Positions 17,586 through 28,659 are shown, counted from the stretch's first letter. The stretch: DNA of 64,000 nt from an uncultured Hyphomicrobiales bacterium (GCA_964509335.1 CAZDXB010000010.1:3977-67976), one strand, 5' to 3'. Numbers and translations: made by a program. Notes: generated by a model from the letters alone, not told the origin.

Positions 17586-19796
17586 TTACCTTCTCGGCGA
17601 TCTTCTGGAGCCTCCGCCTCTTGGCGGTCCGCCTTTTCCTCTCGGTTTTCTCGGCGGCCTATCCTCCCAACCTTCCGGCTTGGGCAAAAGGGCTTTTCTG
17701 CTCAGCCTGAACTTGCCGTCGCGGGTGGCTTCCAAAAGTTTCACTTTTACTTCGTCGCCGACGTTCACTACGTCGGTAACTTTATCTATTCTCTCGTAAG
17801 CTATATTTGAAATATGAAGCAAGCCCGACTTCTTGGGTAAAAACTCCACAATAGCTCCGACGCCTTCTTTTATCTCGCGAACGACTCCTTCGTAAATGGC
17901 GCCCTCCTCGGGCTTCTTGGTTATCTCTTTTATTTGTTTTATCGCCTCGTTCGCCGCTTCCTCCGACTGCGAAGCTATAACGATTTTGCCGTCTTCCTGA
18001 ATGTCGATATCGGTGTCGGTCTCCATCGTTAGTTGCCTAATCGTCTCGCCGCCCGAGCCTATTAACGCTCCTATAGTGTCCTGAGGAATTTGAATTATAG
18101 TAAATCTGGGAGCGTGCTCGGAAAGCTTCTCGCGCGGTTGGTCGATTACTTCGTTCATTTTATCCAAGATATGAAATCTTCCCTCTTTCGCTTGCGCTAA
18201 AGCTTTTTTCATTATATCTATCGGCAAGCCGTCTATCTTAATATCCATTTGATACGCCGTGATTCCGTCCTTCGTGCCGGCTACTTTAAAATCCATATCG
18301 CCGAGGAAATCCTCGTCGCCTAGTATGTCGCTCAATACCGCCACGCGGTCGCCCTCTTTTATCAAGCCCATAGCTATTCCGGCTACGGCTTTTTTAATTG
18401 GAACGCCGCAATCATACATAGCCAGACTACCGGAACATACCGTCGCCATAGACGAAGAACCGTTCGATTGTAAAATCTCTGAAGTTACTCTTATAGTATA
18501 AGGAAAATTGTCTTCGTCGGGTAGCACGCATTGAAAAGCTCTTTCCGCCAAATTTCCGTGTCCGACCTCGCGCCTTCCTACTCCAAGTCGTTTAACTTCC
18601 CCCGTGCAATACGGCGGGAAATTATAATGCAGATAAAACCGCCTTTCATACGACGGCAACAAGCCGTCAACCATTTGATTGTCGCGAGACGTTCCTAACG
18701 TAACCATACCCATACTTTGGGTCTCGCCGCGAGTAAATAGAGCGGAACCGTGGGAGCGAGGCAACACTCCGACTTCGCAATCTATATCGCGGATATCGGT
18801 CAATCCGCGTCCGTCAAGTCTCTTGGATTCGTCGAGAATTTTCGCCCGCATAGCGTCCTTTTCAAGTCGCGAGAAAATCTCATCGACTATGCCGTCTAAC
18901 TCTTCTTTATCCTTTTCCTCGTCTTCCTCGTATTCTTCTCCGTAAACTTCCTCTACTTTTTCCATAGCGAGATTTTTCAATTTATCGCGCCACTCTTTTC
19001 TTTCGTTTTTTTCGGTTTCCGAATGTACGTATTCGTCTAATCCTTCGGATACTGTCTCCTTTACGGTACTTGCTATATCTTCGGGCGGTTCGGGTTCTTC
19101 GAATTCCCTTTTCTCCGTTTGTATTTTGTCCGCCAACTCATTCTGCAAATCGTTCAGTATCTTAATATACTCGTGAGCGAACTGAAGCGCTTCTAAAAAC
19201 TCGTCCTCGGAAATCTCCTTGCTCTCTCCCTCGACCATAGCAATCGAAGTATTTGTTCCGGCGACAGTCATATCTATATCGGAAGATTCCATTTGTTCAA
19301 AAGAAGGATTAATTATAAATTCACCGTCAATCCTTCCAACTTTTACTTCCGAAACCGGACCTTCAAACGGAATATCGGAAATCATTAAAGCCGCCGACGC
19401 TCCGACCATAGCTAAAGTTTCAGGATCCACATCAGGATCGAACGAAAAAACCGTCGGTAAAATCTGCGTTTCGTAACGCCAAGATTTAGGCAACATCGGT
19501 CTAATAGGACGGTCGATTAAACGAGAACAAAGAACCTCGTGGTCGCTGGGACGTCCTTCCCTTTTTATAAATCCTCCCGGAAATTTACCGGCGGCGGAAG
19601 TTTTCTCTCTATATTCCACCTGCAAAGGCAAAAAATTAATACCGGGTCTTATCTCGTCGCTGGCGACTACGGTTACTAATGCCATCGTGTCTCCACAACG
19701 AACCATTACCGCTCCGTCGGCAAACTTCGCTAATTTGCCTGTTTCTATTGAATATGTTTTCCCGTTAAGTTCTGTTGATACAATTACTTGAGACAT
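17586..19796 (-). CDS. pnp: Polyribonucleotide nucleotidyltransferase (PNPase), with an acidic internal insertion and an RGG/PR-rich C-terminal tail
   Basis: Conserved N-terminus MSQVIVSTELNGKTYSIETGKLAK. Two RNase PH domains, KH and S1 domains. C-terminal PPRKPRGKGGPPRGGGSRRSPRR. Confidence 0.95.
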   Translation of the reverse strand: MSQVIVSTELNGKTYSIETGKLAKFADGAVMVRCGDTMALVTVVASDEIRPGINFLPLQVEYREKTSAAGKFPGGFIKREGRPSDHEVLCSRLIDRPIRPMLPKSWRYETQILPTVFSFDPDVDPETLAMVGASAALMISDIPFEGPVSEVKVGRIDGEFIINPSFEQMESSDIDMTVAGTNTSIAMVEGESKEISEDEFLEALQFAHEYIKILNDLQNELADKIQTEKREFEEPEPPEDIASTVKETVSEGLDEYVHSETEKNERKEWRDKLKNLAMEKVEEVYGEEYEEDEEKDKEELDGIVDEIFSRLEKDAMRAKILDESKRLDGRGLTDIRDIDCEVGVLPRSHGSALFTRGETQSMGMVTLGTSRDNQMVDGLLPSYERRFYLHYNFPPYCTGEVKRLGVGRREVGHGNLAERAFQCVLPDEDNFPYTIRVTSEILQSNGSSSMATVCSGSLAMYDCGVPIKKAVAGIAMGLIKEGDRVAVLSDILGDEDFLGDMDFKVAGTKDGITAYQMDIKIDGLPIDIMKKALAQAKEGRFHILDKMNEVIDQPREKLSEHAPRFTIIQIPQDTIGALIGSGGETIRQLTMETDTDIDIQEDGKIVIASQSEEAANEAIKQIKEITKKPEEGAIYEGVVREIKEGVGAIVEFLPKKSGLLHISNIAYERIDKVTDVVNVGDEVKVKLLEATRDGKFRLSRKALLPKPEGWEDRPPRKPRGKGGPPRGGGSRRSPRR

Positions 19797-19893
19797 AATT
19801 TTCTTTCTTTTATTGATTGAATTTTAATTTGATTATTAATCTATTGAAGGCAAAGCCAAACAAAAAACGGCGTTTTTATTACGCCGCCTTCTT

Positions 19894-20160
19894 TTATTTT
19901 CTCAAAGACAATTTTCCGATTATTTCCCTATAGCGATTAATATCGTTCTTCTTCAGATAATTTAACAGCTTTCTTCTTTTACTCACCATTTTTATCAATC
20001 CGCGCCTGCTGTGATGGTCGTTCTTATGCTCCGAAAGATGACGCGTCAAATCGTTAACCCTGTCGGTTAACATCGCTACTTGCACTTCGGATTTGCCCGA
20101 ATCTTGCGGATTCTCTCCGTGTTTGCTTATTACTTCAGCTTTTTGCTCTTTAGTTATCAT
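19894..20160 (-). CDS. rpsO: 30S ribosomal protein S15 (start placed at the internal Met, 89 aa, preceded by GGAG)
   Basis: [15 protein letters not shown]....[32 protein letters not shown] conserved S15 sequence. The upstream Met in the ORF track would add a non-conserved 15-aa extension. Confidence 0.9.
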   Translation of the reverse strand: MITKEQKAEVISKHGENPQDSGKSEVQVAMLTDRVNDLTRHLSEHKNDHHSRRGLIKMVSKRRKLLNYLKKNDINRYREIIGKLSLRK

Positions 20161-20228
20161 TAAATACTCCAATTTATATTTATTATCAATTTTTGCAAGT
20201 TTCAAAGATAATAATTTTTTGCGTTAAT

Positions 20229-21167
20229 CTAAAATCTTTTTATCTTTTTTAAACACTCCTTTTTATCCTCGTCTAATTGCTTCTTCAAGGCTTCGGCTCC
20301 GGAAAATTTCCTTTCGAATCTTAAAAACGCCATAAAACTGACGTCTAGTATTTCCCCGTATATATCGCCGTCGAAATCAAAAAAATGAACTTCCAAAATC
20401 GGTTCTGAATCGCCGGCGAAAGTTGGTCGAGTTCCGATATTCGCCATACCGTAGCGTTTTTTGCCTCTAATCACTGAATTTACCAAATAAACCCCGTTAG
20501 CCGGAATGAGCTTTACCGATGGAATATCGCCAACGTTAGCGGTCGGGTAACCCAAAGTCGCGCCGCGTTTGTCGCCTTTTACGACAGTTCCTTTCGCGTA
20601 ATAATAGTATCCGAGCATTTTATTCGCTTCTTCTATCCTCCCCCGACTAATAGCCTCTCTTATCTTTGTGCTGGAAATCGTTACGCCGTTATTTTTTCGC
20701 GGCTCTATTTTTTCCGTTTCAAAACCCAAATCATTAGATAGCCTCTTTAGCAAATCGACGTTGCCCTTGCGATTCTTCCCAAACATATGGTCGTAACCGA
20801 TTAAAATCTTTTTCATCCCGACCTTATTGAACAAATATTCCTTAATAAAAACTTCTGGGGGAATTCTAGAAAACTCGACGCTAAACGGAATTATCAAAAC
20901 ATCGTTCACGCCCAAATATTCGAACAGCTTCAATCGCTCGTCAACTACCGTCAGCAACCTTATCGGGTCTTTGTGCTTGTTAAATAAAACCGACTGCGGA
21001 TGAGGGTCGAATGTAATTATTACGCTTCTTAAATCGTTTTTTTTCGCCAACTCGGTTAATCTCTCAATTATTATCCTATGCCCCAAATGCACGCCGTCGA
21101 ACGTCCCCACCGTCAAAATCGAGCTGGAATTACAGTTAAATTCCTCAAATGATTTATAGATTCTCAT
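20229..21167 (-). CDS. ribF: Bifunctional riboflavin kinase / FMN adenylyltransferase
   Basis: N-terminal nucleotidyltransferase motif GTFDGVHLGHR. C-terminal riboflavin kinase domain. 312 aa. Conserved position after truB. Confidence 0.9.
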   Translation of the reverse strand: MRIYKSFEEFNCNSSSILTVGTFDGVHLGHRIIIERLTELAKKNDLRSVIITFDPHPQSVLFNKHKDPIRLLTVVDERLKLFEYLGVNDVLIIPFSVEFSRIPPEVFIKEYLFNKVGMKKILIGYDHMFGKNRKGNVDLLKRLSNDLGFETEKIEPRKNNGVTISSTKIREAISRGRIEEANKMLGYYYYAKGTVVKGDKRGATLGYPTANVGDIPSVKLIPANGVYLVNSVIRGKKRYGMANIGTRPTFAGDSEPILEVHFFDFDGDIYGEILDVSFMAFLRFERKFSGAEALKKQLDEDKKECLKKIKRF

Positions 21168-21192
21168 TTTTCGTTACATAGAGTTAAATTAA

Positions 21193-21927
21193 TTAAGACT
21201 CCGCTTCGCTAACTTTATTTATTAAATTCTCAAATTCTTTTATCTTAAACGCATTGTCAACTGTAAAATCTCCGATAGCCGTTCTTCTTAATCCGGATAA
21301 ATACGCTCCGCAATCTAAATCCGCTCCAATATCTCTCGCTAAAGACCTAATATAAGTTCCTTTAGAACATTCTATATCCAATTTCGCAAAAGGCGGATTG
21401 TAATCGATTAAATCTATCGAGTAAACTTCGACGGTCGCCGGTTTCAATTCGACGTTTTGGTTCTTCCTGGCGTATTTATAAGCTCTCCTGCCCTTAATCT
21501 TCTTAGCCGAATACAAAGGCGGTATCTGCTCGATTTTCCCGATATATTTCTTCGTCGCTTCAGCTATACAATCTTTCGTAATCCCGTCAATTGGCTTGCG
21601 GTTTTCTTCGGAAGTTTCAGAATCGTCGGAAACCGTTACCGCGCCTAACTTGACAGTCGCTTTGTATTTCTTCCTCATCCGTTGGAAATATGTCATCTGT
21701 TTAGTGGCTTTTCTGCCGACGCAAACAATTAATAAACCCATCGCCAGAGGATCCAAAGCCCCGGCGTGCCCAATTTTTTTAATATCGGTCAACGACCTGA
21801 TTTTTGCTACAACATCGAAAGAAGTCCAATCGCGCTCCTTATCAATTAAAATCGCTACCCCGTCGTTCGCGGCGTTTTCGGAAAATTTATCGAAAGAAGC
21901 TTTGGAGTCTTTGCGGTAATAAATCAT
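21193..21927 (-). CDS. truB: tRNA pseudouridine(55) synthase
   Basis: Catalytic GHAGALDP motif. 244 aa. Sits between rbfA and ribF. Confidence 0.9.
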   Translation of the reverse strand: MIYYRKDSKASFDKFSENAANDGVAILIDKERDWTSFDVVAKIRSLTDIKKIGHAGALDPLAMGLLIVCVGRKATKQMTYFQRMRKKYKATVKLGAVTVSDDSETSEENRKPIDGITKDCIAEATKKYIGKIEQIPPLYSAKKIKGRRAYKYARKNQNVELKPATVEVYSIDLIDYNPPFAKLDIECSKGTYIRSLARDIGADLDCGAYLSGLRRTAIGDFTVDNAFKIKEFENLINKVSEAES

Positions 21928-22337
21928 TTATCTTTTTTTTTCTTTTTCTCCAACTCCTTGGGATCGTAATCGTCCAAATTAACGTCAACGTCCTTTGAAT
22001 CCTTCTTTACAGTGTCGATTAAAGATTGAATTTCCTCCATCTTTTCCAGAGTGTCGTCCAAATAAAACTTCAAATCGGGAGCTTTCCTTAACCTCATTTG
22101 GGAAGTTATCATACCTCTCAAGGCTCCCTTTTCTCTTTCTAAAATAGAAATGAACTTGCCGGGAGAAATATCTTCGCCGTACAAACTTATATATACTTTT
22201 GCGGAACTCAAATCGTCCGAAACGCGAACGCTTGTTACCGTCGTTAATCCAACTTCGTTTTCGTTTCCCAAACTCTCAATCGGATTAGCCAACAACTTCT
22301 TTATCTCGGCTCCGACTCTTTCGGCTCTTATAGACAT
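21924..22337 (-). CDS. rbfA: Ribosome-binding factor A
   Basis: R.ERV...I...LA and (L)TTVTSVRVS.DLS.AKVYIS motifs. Overlaps the truB start. Has a C-terminal K/D-rich extension. Confidence 0.85.
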   Translation of the reverse strand: MSIRAERVGAEIKKLLANPIESLGNENEVGLTTVTSVRVSDDLSSAKVYISLYGEDISPGKFISILEREKGALRGMITSQMRLRKAPDLKFYLDDTLEKMEEIQSLIDTVKKDSKDVDVNLDDYDPKELEKKKKKDK

Positions 22338-22363
22338 AATAAATCTGGAATTTTATGGAAAAT

Positions 22364-25315
22364 CTACGTTAAGGTTCTCTTTATCTCTTTCAACCTGAAG
22401 GCTTCAATTACGTCGCCTTCTTGGATTTCTGTGAATCCGTCGAGCAAAATTCCGCATTCATAACCGGAATCGACTTCCTTTACGTCTTCTTTTTCTCTTT
22501 TAAGAGACTGAATTTTACCTTTAAAAATCGGCAAGCCGTCTCTCAGGACTTTCACTCTGTCGTTTCTGTGAACTTTGCCGTCGGTAACGTAACAACCGGC
22601 GACGTTGCCCAATTTGCTGATTTTAAATACTTTGCGAACTTCTATTGACGCCATCCTGTCTTCATGTATTTCCGGCGAGAGCAAGCCCTCAATAGCCAAA
22701 CGAATATCGTTGATGGCGTCGTAAATAATGCTGTATTGCCTAATATCTATAGCTTCCTGATTAGCTAATTTTCTCGCTTGAGGCGAAACCGAAACTTGAA
22801 AACCGATAATTACGGCTTTAGAAGCCATAGCCAACATTACGTCCGACTCGGATATAGCGCCCACGCCTTTATGCAGCACTACTACTTTTACCTCGTCGGT
22901 CGATTGCTTTTGTAAAGCGTCGCTCAAAGCTTCGATTGAACCGGCTACGTCGCCTTTGATTACAAGATAAAGTTCTTTTACCCCGCCCATTTGTATCTGT
23001 TGCGAAATATCGTCCAAAGTCATATGTCGAGTTTGACGTATTTCCTGTTCGCGTTTCAACTGTTTCCTTTCGTTGGCAATTGTTCGCGCTTTTGAATCAG
23101 TATCCATAGTAATTAATATATCGCCCGCTTCGGGCAATCCGTCAAAGCCAATTACTCTAACGGGAATTGTCGGTTCGGCGGATTTAATTTTATTACCGCG
23201 CTCGTCAAACATCGCCCTCACTCTTCCGGCGTTGACTCCCGCGACAAACGGTTGTCCGAGCTTTAACGTGCCTTGTTGGATAATTATCGTTGAAACCGGT
23301 CCCAAACCTCTATCCATATTGGCTTCGATTACCGCTCCGCGAGCCATCTTGTTGGGATTAGCTTTCAAATCCAACATTTCGGCTTCCAAAAGAATTCTAT
23401 CCAATAAATTATCCACGTTCTTGCCGGTTTTAGCCGATATTTCAACGCTCTGGACTTTTCCGCCCCAATCCTCGACCAGAATGTTCTGCTCGGAAAGCTG
23501 CTGCCTAATCCTTTCGGGATTAGCTTCCGGTTTATCAGTTTTATTTATGGCTACTATAATAGGCACGTTGGCGGCTCTAGCGTGGCTTATAGCTTCCAAA
23601 GTCTGCGGCATAACGCTATCGTCGGCGGCTGCCACCAAAACGACAATATCTGTAATTTGCGCGCCGCGAGCCCTCATAGCCGTAAACGCTTCGTGTCCCG
23701 GAGTGTCTAGAAACGTTATGAACTTATCTTCGGGCAATTCAACCCTGTAAGCGCCTATATGCTGTGTTATCCCGCCCGCTTCGCCGGCTACCACTCTAGT
23801 TTTCCTAACATAATCCAATAACGACGTCTTACCGTGGTCAACGTGTCCCATTACAGTTACTATAGGCGAGCGAAACTCTAAGTTCTCCTCGTCGTCTTCT
23901 TCATCGTCAACGATAGCTAACTGCGCCGTCTTCTCGTCCATAAATTCTACGTCGTAACCGTAATCGTCGGCTATCAAAGTAATTGTATCTTTATCTAATC
24001 GCTGATTTAACGTTACCATCAACCCCAACTCCATACATTTGACGATAATGTCGTTTGGATTAATGTCCATTAAATCCGCTAAATCAGCCGTAGTAACGAA
24101 TTCGGTAATTCTTAATGTCTTGGATTCTTGTTGCTCCTCTTCTTTCTTCTTCAGCTCTTTTTCCTCGCGTTCGGCTTTCTTCTTTTGTCTTAATTTTTGA
24201 CGCTGATTTAAAGCTTTAGAACCGCTCATATTCGAAAGCGTCTTCTTCAAAGCCTTATCGACGTCTTCTTCTTTAACCAATTCCCTAACGGATAACTTTT
24301 TCTTTCTTCTTTCCTTCTTCTTCTTCCTTGAGCGCATTTTTTTACGCTCTTTGACGGATAAATCTTTTCCGGGTTCTTTTGTCTCTTTCTTCTTCTTGTC
24401 TTTTTCGGGTTCTTTCGGCGGTTTCTTTCGCGCCTCTTTTTCCCTTTTCTTCTCGGCTTCCTTTATCTCTTTTTCTCTTCTCTTTTCTTTATCTAAATCT
24501 ATCTTGCCGACAATCTTCAATCCTTTCTTAGGACTGATTTCTGATTCCTCGATATCTACTTCGGCTATTGTCTTCCTTTGTTTTTTCTTCGGTTTCCGCT
24601 TGGCGGCGACCTTTTCCTTCTCAGCTTCCTCTTTCTCTGCTTTCTTCTCTTTTTCCTTTGCCGCTTGTTCTTTTGCCTTTTCGGCTTCTTCTTTCTTAAC
24701 CTTCTCTATTTCTTTCGCTTCTTTTTCTTTATCGGCTTCTTCTTTCTTTGCCTCGGCTTTTTCAGCGGTTTCAAGTTCTTTAGCTTTTTCTTCTTCTTTA
24801 GCTTTTTTAGTCTTTTTCTTCTTAGCTTCTTCTTTAGCCGCCTCTTCTGTCTTCTTTTTCCTTGGTTTGGCTTTGCGTTCTTTCTTTTCTGGTTCCTCTT
24901 TCTTTTCAGCCGCTTTCTTTTTCTTTGTCTTTGGTTTCTTTTCGGCTTTTTCTTCTTCTTCTTTTGCTTCCGGTTCCTTTTGTTCTTTTTTGGTTTCTTT
25001 TGCTTTTTGTTCCTCTTCTCCGGCTTTTTCGGCTTCCGCCTCTTCCTTTTCGGGTTCCCCTTTTTCTTCGATTTCTTTTTGGAGAGCTTCCTTGCGTATT
25101 TTTCTGTGCTTTTCTAATTTATCGCGCTGTATTTCCGCCGCTTTTCTTTCCCTTTTAAATTTATCGTCTATCGCTTCTAACATTTCAGGCGATAAAGTAG
25201 CGGTGGCTTTGTTTGTTATATCAAAACCTTTGCTTTGTAGGAACTCTACTATTGCGTTCCTACCGATATTTATCTCGGCCGCTACCTTGAAAAGCCGTTT
25301 CTTTTTTTTTGCCAT
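22364..25315 (-). CDS. infB: Translation initiation factor IF-2 with a 370-aa or so K/E/A-rich low-complexity N-terminal region
   Basis: G domain GHVDHGKTSLLD, DTPGHEAF, NKTD. IF2 N-terminal domain MAKKKKRLFKVAAEINIG..IVEFL. 983 aa. Confidence 0.95.
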   Translation of the reverse strand: MAKKKKRLFKVAAEINIGRNAIVEFLQSKGFDITNKATATLSPEMLEAIDDKFKRERKAAEIQRDKLEKHRKIRKEALQKEIEEKGEPEKEEAEAEKAGEEEQKAKETKKEQKEPEAKEEEEKAEKKPKTKKKKAAEKKEEPEKKERKAKPRKKKTEEAAKEEAKKKKTKKAKEEEKAKELETAEKAEAKKEEADKEKEAKEIEKVKKEEAEKAKEQAAKEKEKKAEKEEAEKEKVAAKRKPKKKQRKTIAEVDIEESEISPKKGLKIVGKIDLDKEKRREKEIKEAEKKREKEARKKPPKEPEKDKKKKETKEPGKDLSVKERKKMRSRKKKKERRKKKLSVRELVKEEDVDKALKKTLSNMSGSKALNQRQKLRQKKKAEREEKELKKKEEEQQESKTLRITEFVTTADLADLMDINPNDIIVKCMELGLMVTLNQRLDKDTITLIADDYGYDVEFMDEKTAQLAIVDDEEDDEENLEFRSPIVTVMGHVDHGKTSLLDYVRKTRVVAGEAGGITQHIGAYRVELPEDKFITFLDTPGHEAFTAMRARGAQITDIVVLVAAADDSVMPQTLEAISHARAANVPIIVAINKTDKPEANPERIRQQLSEQNILVEDWGGKVQSVEISAKTGKNVDNLLDRILLEAEMLDLKANPNKMARGAVIEANMDRGLGPVSTIIIQQGTLKLGQPFVAGVNAGRVRAMFDERGNKIKSAEPTIPVRVIGFDGLPEAGDILITMDTDSKARTIANERKQLKREQEIRQTRHMTLDDISQQIQMGGVKELYLVIKGDVAGSIEALSDALQKQSTDEVKVVVLHKGVGAISESDVMLAMASKAVIIGFQVSVSPQARKLANQEAIDIRQYSIIYDAINDIRLAIEGLLSPEIHEDRMASIEVRKVFKISKLGNVAGCYVTDGKVHRNDRVKVLRDGLPIFKGKIQSLKREKEDVKEVDSGYECGILLDGFTEIQEGDVIEAFRLKEIKRTLT

Positions 25316-25371
25316 ATGTGTTTTGGAACTATTTTAATTTATTTCTCGTTTAATTATTACGACGTAGTTTC

Positions 25372-26778
25372 CTAGTCTTTATCTTCTTTTTTTTCTTGAT
25401 TAGCTTCTTCTTCTAAATCTTCTGCTTCCTCGTTTTCCTCGTCTTTTTCTTGTTCGTTGAACTCAAAATTTCGAATTTCCTCTACGATATCTTCCGACTC
25501 TTTTTCCTCAAACTCGCTCAAGATTATGCCTCGAAGCTCGACTAAGAAATCTTTAGTCATACCTTCGACATTTAACAATCGTCCAATGTCGGCTTCGAGT
25601 AATTCTCGGGCGGTTTCGATATCGGAGTCCAACAATCTCTCGTATAAATCCGTTCCTAATTCGTCCTTGAACTCCGACAATTCGATATCCTCGCCGCCTT
25701 CTTTAACCAGCGTTATCGAATAACCGACTAATTTCGAAGCGAGTCTAACGTTTTGTCCGTTCTTGCCGATTGCCAAAGAAACTTGGTCGTCGGGAACAAT
25801 TACCGTAGCGCTTCTGATTTCCGGCTCCGCAATTATTTCTTTTACGCGCGCCGGCAAAAGAGCCCTGCTAATAAAAGTTTTTACGTCCTCGGAATATTCT
25901 ACTAAATCTATATTCTCGTTATTCAATTCGCGAACGATAGAATGTATTCTAATCCCTTTCATACCGACGCAAGCGCCCACTGGGTCAACTCTGTCGTCGT
26001 AAGAGAGAACAGCGACTTTCGAGCGTTCTCCCGGGTCCCTAGCTATCGATTTCAACTGAATAATTCCGTCGTAAATCTCAGGTATTTCTATCTCGAACAG
26101 ACGAGCCAAGAAATCGTTGGAAGCCCGAGACAAAACAATCTCCGGCTGCCCAGACGAACCCGAACGCCTAACTTCCTTAATTATCGCTTTAATCGATTGG
26201 TTCTTCTTAAACTTATAAGGCTCGTTCGGAATCTGTTCTTCTCGCGGCAAAAGCATCTCGACTTTGTTGTGCATTATCAGAATATAGTTTCTTCTAATTT
26301 GATAAATCTCGCCGATTATGATTTCGCCGACTTTGTCGTTGTATTCGTTATATATATTATCTTTTTCTACTTCGCGAATTTTTTGATTCAAATTTTGAGA
26401 AGCCATCGCGACCAGCCTTCTGCCAAAATTATCGGCTATATTGTCAAGAGTTATCTCTTCTATAAACTCGTCGCCAACTTCGAATTCTTCGTTAGGATTT
26501 ATATCTTCGGCGTCTTCAAGAGAAATTTCCGTTTCAGGGTCCTCTACTTCCTCGACTATCTCTCGCATCAAATAGATTTCTATATCGCCTTTGTCCAAAT
26601 TGACTATTATCTCAAAATCAGCTTCCAGTCCGTACTTTTTCTTAACTAGCAAAGATAAAGTCTCTTCCACTATACCCTGTAACAAGTCGCGATCGATATT
26701 CTTCTGCTTCGCCATCTCGGCGAAGGCGTCGATTATCATCTTTTTATCTACTACTCTCTTTTTCTTCTTTCTAGCCAT
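25372..26778 (-). CDS. nusA: Transcription termination/antitermination factor NusA with an acidic C-terminal tail (true start may be the internal Met at 26739)
   Basis: N-terminal domain, S1 and tandem KH domains (GxxG: AIGKNGQNVRLASKL). Directly upstream of infB. Confidence 0.9.
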   Translation of the reverse strand: MARKKKKRVVDKKMIIDAFAEMAKQKNIDRDLLQGIVEETLSLLVKKKYGLEADFEIIVNLDKGDIEIYLMREIVEEVEDPETEISLEDAEDINPNEEFEVGDEFIEEITLDNIADNFGRRLVAMASQNLNQKIREVEKDNIYNEYNDKVGEIIIGEIYQIRRNYILIMHNKVEMLLPREEQIPNEPYKFKKNQSIKAIIKEVRRSGSSGQPEIVLSRASNDFLARLFEIEIPEIYDGIIQLKSIARDPGERSKVAVLSYDDRVDPVGACVGMKGIRIHSIVRELNNENIDLVEYSEDVKTFISRALLPARVKEIIAEPEIRSATVIVPDDQVSLAIGKNGQNVRLASKLVGYSITLVKEGGEDIELSEFKDELGTDLYERLLDSDIETARELLEADIGRLLNVEGMTKDFLVELRGIILSEFEEKESEDIVEEIRNFEFNEQEKDEENEEAEDLEEEANQEKKEDKD

Positions 26779-26810
26779 TTTTACTTTGCTTTATAAATAA
26801 AACTTAATTG

Positions 26811-26841
26811 CCAATAAAAAATGGGCTAAATTAGCCCATTT
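26811..26841 (-). terminator. Rho-independent terminator after the carboxyltransferase gene (minus strand)
   Basis: Perfect 11-bp palindrome aaatgggctaa-a-ttagcccattt, followed on the minus strand by a T-run. Confidence 0.65.
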
Positions 26842-26931
26842 CACAGTCACAAAATTACGAACTTTAAATAGATAAGACAAACTGTTTTTTATTTTATTTT
26901 ATAGATTTAATCTAATTTGAACGAAAATTTA

Positions 26932-28539
26932 TTACATTCTGAACACTCCGTATTTCTGGTCTGGAATAGATGAATTCAAGGAAGCAGCTATGCCCAAAGC
27001 CAATGTCTCCCTTGTGTCTAGCGGGTCGATAATTCCGTCGTCCCAAAGTCTGGCGGAACTATAATACGGCGAGGCTTCTTGCTCGTATTTTTCAATAATA
27101 GGCTTTTTGATGGCTTCAATGTCCTTTTCGGACAGCTTCTCTCCCGCTCTTTCCAATTGCTTGATTTTAACCGTCGCCAGAACGTTAGCGGCTTGTTCGC
27201 CGCCCATAACGCATATCTTGCCGTGGGGCCACATCCATAACAGACGCGGATTGTATCCCCTGCCGCACATAGCGTAGTTGCCCGCTCCGTAAGAACCGCC
27301 GACTATTACGGTAAACTTCGGAACGTCGGCGTTGGCAACCGCGTGAACCATCTTCGCTCCGTCGCTCGCGATACCGCCGTGCTCATATTGCTTACCGACT
27401 ATGAATCCCGTAATATTCTGCAAAAACAAAAGCGGTATTTTCCTCTCGGTGCATAATTCTATAAAGTGCGCCCCTTTTTTGCTCGACTCGGAAAATAAAA
27501 CGCCGTTGTTAGCCAAAATTCCAACCGGATACCCCATTACGCGAGCGAAACAAGTAACTAAACTCGTCCCGTAAAGCTCCTTAAACTCCTGAAATCTGCT
27601 TCCGTCCACAATTCGCGCTATTATCTCCCTAATATCGAAGGGCATTCTAATATTTTGCGGCATAATGCCGTACATTTCCTCGGGGTCGTAATAAGGCTCT
27701 TCGGATTCCTCGCGCTTAAGCTGGAATTTTGTTTCCAAACCGAAGTTCTCGACTATGTTTCTCACGATTTTCAAAGCGTGCTCGTCGTTTTGCGCGTAAT
27801 GGTCGGAAACGCCCGAAATTTTACAGTGAACGTCCGCTCCGCCAAGTTCTTCGTCCGTAACTTTCTCGCCTGTCGCGGCTTTAACCAAAGGAGGACCGCC
27901 GATGAATATAGTCGCCTGATTGCGAACCATAACCGTCTCGTCGCTCATAGCGGGAACGTAGGCGCCGCCGGCGGTGCAAGAACCCATAACGCAAGCGATT
28001 TGCGGGATATTCAACGCCGACATCCTAGCCTGATTATAAAATATCCTGCCGAAATGGTCTTTATCGGGGAAAGTGCCTGACTGATACGGCAGAAAAATAC
28101 CGCCGGAATCCACTAAATAAATACAAGGAAGCCTGTTCTCCAAAGCTACTTCTTGCGCCCGAACGTGCTTCTTAATTGTCGTAGGAAAGTAAGTGCCGCC
28201 CTTAACCGTAGCGTCGTTCGCGACTATCATACACTCCCTTCCGTTAATAACGCCGACGCCCGTTACCATTCCCCCGCTCGGAGCGGCGTTATCGTACATA
28301 TCGTAAGCGGCGAACGGCGACAGCTCCAAAAAAGGCGTATCCTTGTCGCACAATAGCTTTATTCTATCTCTGACCAAAATTTTATCTCTGTCGAGATGCC
28401 GTTTTCTCGCCTTCTCGGACCCTCCCTTCTTTAATTCTTCGTATCTCTCTTTTAGCTGTTTTACTAACTTCAAAGAATTTTCTTTGTTCGCCTTAAAATC
28501 GGGGGATTGAGTTGAAATCTTCGACTTAAATCGATTCAT
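26932..28539 (-). CDS. Acyl-CoA carboxylase carboxyltransferase (beta) subunit, methylcrotonoyl-CoA carboxylase beta / glutaconyl-CoA decarboxylase alpha family
   Basis: Tandem crotonase-fold carboxyltransferase domains. 535 aa. High similarity pattern to MCCC2-type N-terminus ([18 protein letters not shown]). No biotin carboxylase/BCCP partner in the window. Confidence 0.75.
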   Translation of the reverse strand: MNRFKSKISTQSPDFKANKENSLKLVKQLKERYEELKKGGSEKARKRHLDRDKILVRDRIKLLCDKDTPFLELSPFAAYDMYDNAAPSGGMVTGVGVINGRECMIVANDATVKGGTYFPTTIKKHVRAQEVALENRLPCIYLVDSGGIFLPYQSGTFPDKDHFGRIFYNQARMSALNIPQIACVMGSCTAGGAYVPAMSDETVMVRNQATIFIGGPPLVKAATGEKVTDEELGGADVHCKISGVSDHYAQNDEHALKIVRNIVENFGLETKFQLKREESEEPYYDPEEMYGIMPQNIRMPFDIREIIARIVDGSRFQEFKELYGTSLVTCFARVMGYPVGILANNGVLFSESSKKGAHFIELCTERKIPLLFLQNITGFIVGKQYEHGGIASDGAKMVHAVANADVPKFTVIVGGSYGAGNYAMCGRGYNPRLLWMWPHGKICVMGGEQAANVLATVKIKQLERAGEKLSEKDIEAIKKPIIEKYEQEASPYYSSARLWDDGIIDPLDTRETLALGIAASLNSSIPDQKYGVFRM

Positions 28540-28659
28540 AAGCCTAAAACCTAGTTTATGTTATACAATTGTTTTTCAATATCATAAATTCATTGTAGTG
28601 GCTGAAAATTTTCAGCCGCTACTAGCGCGACCAAAAACATTTTGAAAACTCATTAGAAT

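Noticed and set aside
23073-25337. Long antisense ORFs inside infB (23073..23750, 24351..25337, 24578..25117, 24862..25158) encoding F/S/L/A-rich proteins
   Set aside because: They are mirror images of the K/E/A-rich IF-2 N-terminal coding region on the opposite strand. They are low-complexity, have no motifs, and IF-2 is unambiguous.
28597-28624. Hairpin gtagtggctgaaaa/ttttcagccgctac as a terminator after the 172-aa ORF
   Set aside because: It is a good stem, but no T-run follows on either strand. I left it unannotated as a terminator.
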